This document shows positions 50,150 to 61,799 of a DNA stretch of 64,000 bases, one piece after another. The stretch covers positions 39,940,464 to 40,004,463 of the forward strand of contig NC_043011.1 of NCBI RefSeq assembly GCF_006345805.1, read 5' to 3'. Numbering within the stretch: position 1 is the first letter of the stretch; each line of letters opens with the position of its first letter. Below the pieces are notes generated by a model that made no database searches, had not been told where the DNA came from, and saw nothing but the letters and a program-made list of their open reading frames with translations. The DNA is from Octopus sinensis. Taxonomy: Eukaryota. The position numbers and the translations under genes are program-made.

Positions 50150-51100
50150 ATTCAAAGGAGTACTGCTTGATCCACAGTAGTGACCTACCTACTGTCTGGG
50201 AGGTGCCACAAGTTGCCCAGAAAAGTTAAGCTTGGTAAGGAAATGCGAGCCAGGCTTCAGATGATTATTGATACCAACCCACTTGCAATCCTTCAAAAGA
50301 GGAAGAGGGACTTAAAGGCAGCAAAGCATGGAAAGTCATCTGTTTCTGTGTCTGTGTCTGCAATCTCACGAGCTCTAGATAGGATGTTGAAAGCTATGAA
50401 GTTGGTCGAAGACGTCGAAGATGCAAGAAACACTCCAAGAAGTCTGGAAAAGCATTGGTTCATGGAAGAGGAAGTCGTTGGCCATTGCGTATTCATTGAT
50501 GGATGTTAGTACAACATTTGGACCAGCCAGTCTTTTGGATAAGCACCTTGAGGCGTTCCTGTTTGCCTAGTTTTCAACCATCAGTATGGGAAAAACTGAT
50601 ACATCACTTTCACGGTGTCAGGAGAAATCAGCCTGGTTCACCACTCCATTGCGAACAATAATGTTACATGAAACTCTTTCGAGGAGTTCTTGGCAGAAAC
50701 TGTTTGAGCATGTGCCGGCATGTCCCAATGGATGAATCTATCTACTTGATCTACTACAACATGTGGCCACATGTTCGTGCCAACCTCCCAGCTGACACTG
50801 ACCCATGGATCAGTCTGAAACTCTTACCTCCCTACTCACCATTTCTTAATTGTAGAGAAATGGTGCATTCTGTCTTGAAGGTGGCTGTCAAGCAAGATCT
50901 CACTTGAGCTGAATTGCAACAAAGGGTTGGTGACTGGGCAGCTGCAGAAGAAGCCAGCAGCTGCCCGGTCACCAAGAATGACGAGCACATGTCATACAAC
51001 AGATCACAAGGTATAACATCGATGCTATCGCTCCAAAATATTATGTTCGTTATAGACATACCCAGACCTACCTCCCGAGATACCTTGACCACCAGGAAAT
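50150..51100 (+). pseudogene. IS630/Tc1-superfamily (Gambol-like, ~DD34E) transposase relic
   Basis: VSVSAISRALDRML..KLVEDVEDARNT (HTH region), VFIDG (D1), IYLIYYN (D2 mutated), LKLLPPYSPFLNCRE (E). Confidence 0.75.
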
Positions 51101-51589
51101 AGTCAGCTAAATCCTCTGAAACAAACTCTCCTTATCAAGATTGTAAATCAATAATTATCTTAGTGTGCATAGCACCCTTTCCCTGATGAAAGAAAAAAAT
51201 GCAAAACCAAAGAAATATATACTTTTCCCAACAAGACAAAGTATGCAATGGAAGAACACATATCACAACATAAAGTATTGGAAATCAAAGAGAATGAACA
51301 TCTGTTGTAATTGTGAGTTTCTTTAAAAAGATTAGAGATGCTCATATCGTCAGCCACTAAGAGACATGCTCAACTGGTTAAGGTCAAACAACTGACAAGC
51401 AAATCTGTGGTATTGAGCAGAATATTTGCTGTAGCCCATCTTTTATACGAAGACAAAACAATGTACATGATAGCATTTCCAATCAGTTAAAATCAGAGGT
51501 CATGATAGCCACTACCTGGTACTGCATCAGGGAATTCTTCTTCTTCTTCTTAAAACCAGTGGATGTGTTCCACTGAATATAGGTAAAGA

Positions 51590-51726
51590 AACCTTCGAAC
51601 AGATGGTCAGCAGCAATGCCTGCTGGGTTCAGCTACTCCACATTGAGAAGGGGCAATCACCCCGAAACTAGTCTGTGGATGTTGAACCAGCAAGGGGAAG
51701 CTGCTGACCTCCCTTGTTTGAAGGTT
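51590..51726 (+). ncRNA. Rod-like hairpin capped by a degenerate minimal type I hammerhead ribozyme
   Basis: Stem I tccaca/tgtgga, core TTGAGAA (vs CTGANGA), stem II gggg-caatca-cccc, GAAAC-TA-GTC with palindromic ACTAGT; stem I extends through three more helices. Confidence 0.6.
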
Positions 51727-52231
51727 ATAATGGACACAGGTTTGTGTGTCACATAGCTAGCTAAAGGCGATGGCCTCTTGGAGCTAATCAATGGCAGCTT
51801 TTGTTCTATTTTCCTGGACTGCCATGTTAGCTTGGGGCTGGCCAGATTGGAGCAATCTCAAGTATAACCAGCCGAAATTGCAAAGATAATCTGGAACTCG
51901 ACTGAAGAAAGAAAACTCCTAATGACCCGTCCTTGTTTTCTTTGTATCGTCTATCTGGATGTTTTGTTGTCCCCTTTTTATATCACCTAACTGTCTGGAT
52001 GTTTTGCGTTCTTGTCCCATTTTGTATTTTATATATATATATATATAAGCAAAAATAGAATTAGATAATGATAGTTTGGGAGATATATATATATATATAT
52101 ATGCACCTGGTAGTATGCTGTTTAAAGGATGTCCACTGTCTTCAGTTATCTGATGTCATCAATAGTTTGGATATAGGTGCCACTGGATTTACTCCAGGAA
52201 TTCCTTTGTGTCTGTTGTGTATATAACATAT

Positions 52232-52387
52232 GAGACAAAGAGAAAACAGAATTCACAAGATTCTTTATTAAACATTACAATTGTTTTGATGCATCGTGCA
52301 TTGGTCCCCTGCGACAGACCGATTCACGATGGCTTGAAACGATCAGGAATTAAAAAAGAATCTTGTGAATTCTATTTTCTTTCTCTC
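52232..52387. repeat. Inverted-repeat element (19-bp perfect arms, ~35-bp imperfect)
   Basis: agaattcacaagattcttt (52248-52266) / aaagaatcttgtgaattct (52355-52373). Confidence 0.8.
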
Positions 52388-52597
52388 CTATGTTACACAC
52401 ACACACACACACACACGCACGCATGTATATATGTATGTGTACACAGGTAAGTATTGTGCATATGTGTGTAGGTAAGAACATAATGTACTGATGAACTGGG
52501 GTACATTTAAATAAAAGGAAACAATATTGTATACATTTTTCAAAAGATATATATATATATATATGCACACACATAGACACACTCATGGATATACACA

Positions 52598-52648
<51 letters not shown>

Positions 52649-52685
52649 TCAGAGAATTGTTCTGTATCTTCTAATCCCACCTCAC

Positions 52686-53198
52686 CTTGTGGTCTGAGTT
52701 CATTTTCATTCATTTGCTCTATAGTGTTGTCAAGCAGGATTACCGATTGCAAAACTATGAAGTCACCTACTCAAAATTCAAAACAGTCATATTTACAAAA
52801 AAAGAAAAATAAATAAAATCAAAAAAGAAAAATAAATAAAATCAAAAAAGAAAAGAAAAAGCAAAACTTGTTTTGCAGATAATATTTAGAAATCTTTCTA
52901 ATCTTTTGACTAATCCTGCTTTTCATGATGTCAGTTTTTCATTTGAGATTTTACCATTCTCATATCTCACTGCCTTGGTGATAGTCAATGAGAGCCTACT
53001 TTGAAAGAAAATATCTACCGACCCCTTCAGAGAAATATTTCTCCTGCCTTGTCTACTGAGGTAAATGTACTTAATTCCATTGTTTCTTGTGATAACAAGG
53101 AAATTCTAGTACTTTTGTCTCCACCATTAATATTGATTTTCATTGTCTGCAAATAGTACCAATTTACTTTTTACTTACCGTATATTCATTGGCGTCAC
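52686..53198 (-). CDS. Candidate cluster of three phase-compatible antisense exons (53198-53179, 53055-52955, 52766-52686)
   Basis: Donors ACG|gtaagt, ATG|gtaaaa and AAG|gtgagg; the joined frame reads VTPMNIRRQGRRNISLKGSVDIFFQSRLSLTITKAVRYENGDFIVLQSVILLDNTIEQMNENELRPQ; no recognisable homology. Confidence 0.33.
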
Positions 53199-53826
53199 CT
53201 AAATGACACTTTTCAATCAGTTTTTAATTCTGAAATCTTACATATCAGATTATTTCTAAAAATCAAAATAAGGAGAAATAACTTAATTAGATGAATCATC
53301 AAGCAAATATTCTGGATTTGGGCATTGTTAGCCAACCTACTTACAGCTTATTTATTTATTTTTTTTCTGCTTACTTTCAAGAAGAGAGATTTTCAAAATA
53401 ATATTTTAGCATAAATGAATTCTCCCAGCATTCAGAGAAAGTGGCATTTCCAGCCAGGATTACAAAGATTAAACAAGACAGTTTGTTCTACGGAATACAC
53501 TCCCCTCAGTCTTGTTGCAGTAATGGGAACCAAAATGAAGACTACTAAAGACCTGCAATCTGATATTTCAACTCCTAACCCAAAACAAACAAAGAAATTA
53601 TTCCATGCTGAAAATCACCATAGTTCGCCACAGGTTAGCAATGGCTCTATCTTTTGATTTTCCCAGCCGTTTATTTTCCTTTGTCTTGTAACAGCTTTTA
53701 TCTTTCTTCCAGTTGGCAGAACTCTAAATTGTCTTTGTAGTATTTATGTATTGCTAAGGTGAAAAATAATTTTAATTTTAATTTTAATTTTTTCCCACTA
53801 AAAGAATTTTCATAAGCTTACCTTAA

Positions 53827-54047
53827 CTCTTTATCATTTAAACTAGCCATATCTGTCCCAGAATGTTTTACCTGTTTTATACTCAAACTGGTTATATCAG
53901 GCTTCTCACACAGACTCTACAATGTCATTCAAATCATAAACGATCACATCATTGAAATCTCAACGCTGCAACTTAATGCATGATTAATTCAAAACGATAT
54001 GAATGGAGAAACATTACATTAGACAGAGTAATATGAATGCTTCAGGA
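53827..54047. mobile_element. piggyBac-like MITE flanked by TTAA
   Basis: TTAA at 53823-53826 and 54048-54051; degenerate TIRs ctctttatcatt / aatgcttcagga. Confidence 0.6.
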
Positions 54048-54898
54048 TTAAACATCCGTGCTTGTTCTCAGACTTTTAGTTAGCCCTGGTTTCAAATGTT
54101 TTAAACAATAAAAAGCTTTCCTTTCATAAGTGCCAAGTTATATTGGTTGCTGAAAAATAATCACGAATATGTATTATATATGATGCATGGATGCCAGGGA
54201 TGTATGTGCTGTTATTACATGTGACACATATCACATGTAACACACAAGGCAGGCAAAGAGTTAAATAGTATAAAATTTGCTCAGTTTAGATTCATTAAAA
54301 ATACAAGCATGAACACCTCACCTAACATGTAATATTGTGAACCAAATGTTTAGTGGTTGAAAATGTGAACACAAGTCTTTTTAATGTAACAGTCTGTCCA
54401 ATAAACCAAACATTTGATATCTTTTTTTAGTGAACACATGTATTGTCTGTCAAGCAGTTTGTTCTATGTCTCTATTAAGTTTTCATCATTCAGAGGGTGT
54501 TCCTGGCATGAGTTCATTTTCTAGCATTATATATTTAGGTTTGTGGAGGCACAATGGCCTAGTGGTTAGGGCCACTCATGGTCGTAGGATCGCGTTTTGA
54601 TTCCCTGACCGGGTGTTGTGAGTGTTTATTGAGTGAAAACACCTAAAAGCTCCATGAAGTGCCAGCAGTGGGTGGTGGCAAACCCTGCTGTACTCTTTCA
54701 CCACAACCTTCTCTCGCTCTTTCTTTCTGTTTCTGTTGTACCTGTATTTCAAAGGGCCAGCTGTGTCACACTGAATCCCTCTGAGAACTACATTAAGGAT
54801 ACACGTGTCTGTGGAGTGCTCAGCCACTTGCACATTAATTTCACAAGCAGGCTGTTCCCTTGTTGTCGCAACTGATGGAGTGTCACACATTTAGTTTA

Positions 54899-55254
54899 AG
54901 GGGTTCTCAACCATCTTTCATCTATGGACCCCTTTGATTACTATTTTATTCTGGTGGACCCCACTATAGCCATTTGATGTTTAAAAGCTAGTTTTATAGA
55001 GACTTCTTTCAAAATTCCTATTTTGTTTTTCACACATTAACTTGTGTGTGTTGAACGATGTAAAATATTAGAGAAAGAAACCTGGTCACTTCTTTCAATA
55101 CATACCAATACACATATCTAATGCAACATTTTTCAGGGGACCCTTAAGATACTATTGTGGATCCCCAATTTACTATTTTGCTATTCCCCCCCAACCCAGC
55201 CCCCATCTTATATGGACCCCCAGTGGCCATCTGGACCCCAGATGAAAACCACTG
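54899..55254. mobile_element. hAT-like MITE, degenerate
   Basis: Ends aggggttctcaacc and gaaaaccactg resemble cagtggttctcaacc-type TIRs; repeated ggaccccc subterminal motifs; TSD not recovered. Confidence 0.6.
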
Positions 55255-55864
55255 CATTACATTATCTAATCTATTCAGTCCTTTGAACCCTTTTATTACC
55301 ATATTTCTGTTGAGATATTGTGTCTTTGCTTCTATTAATTTTGAAAATAACTTTTTAAAATGATAAAGAATTTAGTAAAATAATTTTGTTCTGTTTTGGG
55401 AAGGTCGTTATACCAATAACACACACACACTGGTTCTGTTTCACTTCTTTATTTTTATTTGTTAATTAGTTAACCAGTTAACTGCTTGAAAAAAAAACTT
55501 TGTCATAATTAAGCTGATGTTTGAAGCATATGTTAAGATGAAAGGTTTTAATTTAGAACACTTTATTACAGGATGTTTCTATCATTGAACCAGGAACGGT
55601 CTTGTGTGGTTTGTTATCAAAAGGTTAAGACTGAAATACCATGGTTCTAAATTGTTTGATTTTCAGTATGCCAGAGATCAAACAAAAATATGGTGGCTTT
55701 ATAGGTGCAAGAGTGGCTGTGTGGTAAGTAGCTTGCTTACCAACCACATGGTTCCGGGTTCAGTCCCACTGCGTGGCACCTTGGGCGAGTATCTTCTACT
55801 ATAGCCTTGGGCTGACTAAAGACTTGTGAGTGGATTTGCTAGACGGAAACTGAAAGAAGCTTGT

Positions 55865-55900
<36 letters not shown>

Positions 55901-56104
55901 CAAAATAAGTAACAAAGATATCCAGAGGTAATGCAGTATGATTACTTCACACAACTGCACAAAGACATAGAATTTCTATATCTTTGTGCAGCTGAGGATT
56001 GCTCTACGTTTTAAATTGATGTAATGGTTGCATTGTTCAATAAAATGGAGTTGCGTGAAGTGATCGTACTGCAGTACCCCTGGATATCCTTGTTGCTTAT
56101 TTTG
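55901..56104. mobile_element. ~204-bp fold-back MITE-like element with a nested inner hairpin
   Basis: ~55-bp arms (55901-55956 / 56049-56104) differing mostly by transitions; inner 16-bp hairpin at 55955-55991. Confidence 0.75.
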
Positions 56105-56229
56105 ATTCTAATCACCCTATTTTGAAATTGTATGGATAATACCGTACTAAATACTGGTGCCTCAACTTAAGTACCATATTCATCTGAATCCAAATTTTTG
56201 CTGAACTTATATATATATATATATATATA

Positions 56230-56420
56230 TAGTTACTCCAAACATGAACAAAGAGAAAACACAACAATGCGAGGATGTAGAACAAGTATAGTGTTATTGG
56301 ACGCTCAGGAAAGGAAAGAAAGAAGGAGAATATAACGCTTTGATCAGAGCTCTTCGTCAGAAACATAGAAAAAGGGATGATCCAAGGAGGGGAAGATGGA
56401 GAAAGAAAATCGCCAATGAT
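56230..56420 (-). mobile_element. Penelope-type repeat fragment with a degenerate hammerhead core
   Basis: Minus strand 56360-56334 reads CTGACGA-A-GAGC-tct-GaTC-aAAgC-GTT. Confidence 0.5.
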
Positions 56421-57136
56421 ATGTATGTATATGCTTGTGTGTCTGTGTTTGTCCACCCCCCATTATCACTTGACAACCAATATTGGTGTATTTATGTCCC
56501 CATAACTTAGTGGTTTGGTAAATGTGACCGGTAGGGTATGTAATAGGCTTATAAAGAATAAGTCCTAGGGTCGATTTGTTTGACTAAAGGTGGTGCTCCA
56601 GCATTGCCACAGTAATGACTGAAGCAAATAAAAGAATGGAAGGTTGAAAAAAAAGAACTTTTTAAAGTTTTAAAATTTAGAAAACAACATATGTATATAT
56701 ATATCATCATCATCATCATTTAGCGTCCGCTTTCCATGCTAGCATGGGTTGGACGGTTCAACTGGGGTCTGGGAAGCCAGAAGGCTGCACCAGGCCCAGT
56801 TTGATCTGGCAATGTTTCTACGGCTGGATGCCCTTCCTAACGCCAACCACTCCATGAGTGTAGTGGGTGCTTTTTACGTGCCACCGGCACAGGTGCCAGA
56901 CGTGTCTGGCAAACGGCCACGATCGGATGGTACTTTTTATGTGCCACCGGCACGGGGGCCAGGCGAGGGTGGCAACGGCCACGAATGGATGGTGCTTTTT
57001 ACATGCCACCGGCACGGGGGCCAGGCGTGGCTGGCAATGGCCACGAACGGATGGTGGTGCCAGACGAGTCTGGCAAACGGCCACGAACGGATGGTGCTTT
57101 TTTCGGTAGCTTGCTTCCCAAACACATGGTTCTGGG

Positions 57137-57179
<43 letters not shown>

Positions 57180-58521
57180 GTGTGTGTGTGTGTGCATATG
57201 TTTGTGTGTCCATGTTTGTCCCTCCAACATTACTTGACAACCAATGGTGGTGTGTTTATGTCCTCGTAACTTAGCTGTTCTCCAAAAGAAACCGATAGAA
57301 TAAGTACTAGGCTTACAAAGAATAAGTCCTGGGGTCGATTTGCTTGACTAAAGGCGGTGCTCCAGCATGGCCACAGTCAAATGACTGAAACAATTAAAAG
57401 AGAGAATACCCCTAGATGCACTTTGTGGGGCAGTGTTTAAGAACCACTGCAGTCAGGTGAGGTTTGAAGGAGATTTGACTAGTATTTCTAGCAGTTAATG
57501 TTATCTCAAAGAGACTTGTTTGCTTTGAAGATGCTCTTTATGATCAACTACAAGTGGCACATTTGTTGTTGATCTAAAAGTCTATTTGGTCTGATCTGAC
57601 CTGAATCTACAGATCAACATCATAAACAACAATAAACAAATTGTTCGTTAAATGATTTACTTACACTCATCTCTATCATGTCTAAGTGCTTTTTGAGTAA
57701 AGCAAGCCAAATTCTTCACTTTGGTTCAATTTGTTCTTGACTTGTATCATAAAGGCAAAATTATTTAGCTGTAACTCAACATTCTACATGAGGTGGGGCA
57801 AAAAAATTGTTCTTATTTCCATGGCTGTGTATAATTACAGGTATGGTTGTCTTGTTAAGAAGCTTGCTTCCCTGACCATGTGGTTTTGGGTTCAGTCCCA
57901 CTCTTAGGCACCTTAGGAAAGTGTCTTTTACTATAGTCCTTATTCAGCCAAAAGCCTTCTGAGTGGATTTATTTGATGGAAACTGAATGAAGGTCTTTAT
58001 ATATACATAGATATGTGTATGTGTATGTCCTTGTCTTAATATTGTATAATAGTTTTAAAGAAGCTGCATCCATTTCTAATCTTTTCTGAGAAACTGAAAG
58101 AAGCTCATCTTGCACACACACACACACACGGTATTTTAATATTTTGCTTAGGCATAATGGTACTAATAACCTTGTGTTAGAGCTCAATATACATAAGCTT
58201 CAGAGAAAAGAATTAGTCAAGTACAGAGCATGTGAAAAGATTATATAAATGACTAAGGCGGCGAGCTGGCAGAAACGTTAGCACGTCGGGCGAAATGCGT
58301 AGCCGTATTTCGTCTGCCGTTAAGTGTTCTGGGTTCAAATTCCGCCGAGGTCGACTATGCCTTTCATCCTTTCGGGGTCGATAAATTAAGTACCAGTTAC
58401 GCACTGGGGTCGATGTAATCGACTTAATCTCTTTGTCTGTCCTTGTTTGTCCCCTCTATGTTTAGCCCTTTGTGGGTAGTAAAGAAATATATATAAATGA
58501 CTAGGGAACAAAAAATTATGA

Positions 58522-58735
58522 AATGAACATCCATTAGCTTACAGCTGTTTCTGTTATATGAAGCAATGCACTCATAGTGGAGTGCTTGTGCATCACCTTG
58601 TAACTTCATCAGAGCTTCAAAAGTGAGGTGTAATTTCTGAAGCTCGAATGAAGCTATAAGGTGATACACAAGCATTCAACTATGAGTGTATTGCATCTCA
58701 TTGCAGAAACAGCTGTAAGCTAATGGAAGTTCATT
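58522..58735. repeat. ~214-bp fold-back (~95-bp arms, 18-nt loop)
   Basis: gaacatccattagcttacagctgtttctg / cagaaacagctgtaagctaatggaagttc; pairing continues inward to gagcttca / tgaagctc. Confidence 0.85.
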
Positions 58736-59354
58736 ACCTAACTTTCTGTTCCCTTGTAAAATATATATACATATATATATATATATATAAATATATAGGC
58801 TTAGGAGTAGCTGTGTGGTAAGTAGCTTGCTTACCAACCACATTGTTCTGGGTTCAGTCCCACTGTGTGACACCGTGGGCAAGTGTCTTCTACAGCCTCT
58901 GGCCGACCAAAGCCCTGTGAGTGGATTTAGTAGGTGGAAACTGAAAGAAGCCCATCATATATATGTATATATATATTTATGTGTGTGTGTATATGTTTGT
59001 GTGTCTGTGTTTATGCCCCCAGCATCGCTTGACAACCGAAGCTGTGTTTATGTCCTCGTAACTTAGTGGTTCGGCAAAAGAGACTGATAGAATAAGTACT
59101 AGGCTTACAAAGATTAAGTCCTGGGGTTGATTTGCTCGACTAAAAATGGCGGTGCTCCAGCATGGCCAAAGTCAAATGACTGAAACATGTAAAAGATATA
59201 TATATATATATATTGGCACAGGCGTGGCTGTGTGGTAAGAAGCTTGCTTCCCAAACACATGGTTCTGGGTTCACTCCTATTGTGTAGCACCTTGGGATGA
59301 TCAAAGCCTTGTGAGTGGATTTAGTAGATGGAAACTGAAAGAAGCCTGTCATGT

Positions 59355-59493
59355 TTATATATATATATATATACATATATATATTATATATATATATACA
59401 CACAATATATATATATATATATATATACATACATATATATATATATATAACATATATATATATATACATACATATATATATAATATATATACA

Positions 59494-59525
<32 letters not shown>

Positions 59526-59543
59526 ACATACATATATATATAT

Positions 59544-59594
<51 letters not shown>

Positions 59595-59621
59595 CATACA
59601 TAATATATATATATATATATC

Positions 59622-59658
<37 letters not shown>

Positions 59659-59991
59659 TATATACATATATATACATATATATATATATACATACATATA
59701 TATATATATAATATACATATATATATTATATATATATACACATATATATATATATATATATATACACAATATATATATATATATACACATATATATATAT
59801 ATATATACACCACACACATATATATATACACACATATATATATAATACACATATATATATATATATATACACATATATATATATATACACATATATATAT
59901 ATATATTATATATATACACATATATATATACACACATATATATATATATATACACACATATATATATATACACATATATGTATATATATAT

Positions 59992-60036
<45 letters not shown>
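59355..60036. repeat. ~680-bp (TA)n/(TATACA)-type microsatellite
   Basis: Direct inspection; source of the 371-aa Y/I ORF. Confidence 0.95.
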
Positions 60037-60038
<2 letters not shown>

Positions 60039-60932
60039 AAGTGCATCCAGCTGTAGAAACATTGCCTGATAAGACCGGAGCCTTGTGCAGCCTTCTGGCT
60101 TCCCAGATCCCCGGTCGAACCGTCCAACCCATGCTAGCATGGAGAACAGACGTTAAATGATGATGATGATGATGATGATGGAGAACGGACGTTAAACGAT
60201 GATGATGATGACATGTATTTATGTGTGTGTTTTTGTGTTTGTGGTTATTCCCCAACCATCGCTTGATATGTCCACGTAACTTAGCAATTCGGTAAAGAGA
60301 TCGATGGAATAAGTACCGAGCTTACAAAGAATAAGTCCCTGGGAGGTCGATTTGTTCAACTAAAAGGCGGTGCTCCAGCATGGCCACAGTCAAATGGCTG
60401 AAACAGGTAAAAGAATAAAAGAACATAATCTCTTACACATGCACGCACAAACACACACATGCATGCACATTGAGAAGAGAAATTGTTAAACCACACATCC
60501 GTGACTGCCAATTAATGGACTGCAATTGATCGGGGTGGTCAGGGTGATAAATTTAAATTTATTTCCTCCTGTCAATTTTCTTAAAAATGGTAAATTCCAA
60601 ACAAGTCCAACCAATAAATCAATAATTTAGTGTAATATTTTGTTGTTATTGTTATTGCTGTTGTTGTTATTGTCGTTGTTGTTGTTGTAAGTGTTTCGGG
60701 TACTCTACGCACTCACAAGTTAGCATTAAAACAATCAGCAAGTATATAATACATAGTTGGAGGGTATAATACCAAACAGATTGGTTTAGCCGACCTCACA
60801 GGGTGATAATAAATCAGTCGGTAACCTAGGAAAGTGTGAGTTGGCTTGCCATGGGGGATAATCTCACACTCATCCACTCATATCCACAAACACACACACA
60901 CACACTTATATATATATATATATATATGTATG

Positions 60933-61032
<100 letters not shown>

Positions 61033-61193
61033 TATATATATATATGTATATATATATATATGTATGTATATATATGCTAGCATGGAAAGCGGACGTTAAA
61101 CGATGATGATGATGATGATGATGATGATGATATATATATACATACATACATACATACATAAGTATGTTTCTGTAAATATATACACGCGTATGC

Positions 61194-61246
<53 letters not shown>

Positions 61247-61752
61247 CATACATAAATATGTTTCTGTAAATACATACATGTGTGTGTGCTAGGGCACCAC
61301 CTTGAAGAAATACAGTCGCACCAATCAACCTCAGTTCTTATTGTATTCTGTAAAGCCTGGTACTTATTCTATCGATCTCTTTTGTTACGGTGATGTGAAC
61401 ACATCAACACCACTTGTCAGCCAGTGGAGGGGGGTGAGGGTGGCAAACGCATACACAAAGATGCACACACGCACATATGCAATGGGCTTCTTCCAGTTTC
61501 CTCCAACCAAATCTACTTGCAAGGCTTTGGTCAGCTCGAGACTATAGTCGAAGTCACACTCCAAAAGTTCCATGAAGTGGAACTAAACTCAGAACCATTG
61601 GGTTGAGAAACAAACTTCTTACCACACAGCCATGTCTGTACCCCTATATGTGTGTGTATATATATATTATATTCTTTTATTTGTTTCAGTCATTTGACTG
61701 TGGAGATGCTGGAACACCACCTTATAAAAATAATAATTTGTGGGTGTGTATA

Positions 61753-61798
<46 letters not shown>

Positions 61799-61799
61799 C

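Noticed and set aside
53179-53229. Longer version of the antisense exon using the upstream tttcag acceptor
   Set aside because: On recount all three frames contain a stop; only the 20-nt version is viable.
57663-57790. Minus-strand exon candidate ending in a gtaagt donor
   Set aside because: No acceptor gives an uninterrupted frame.
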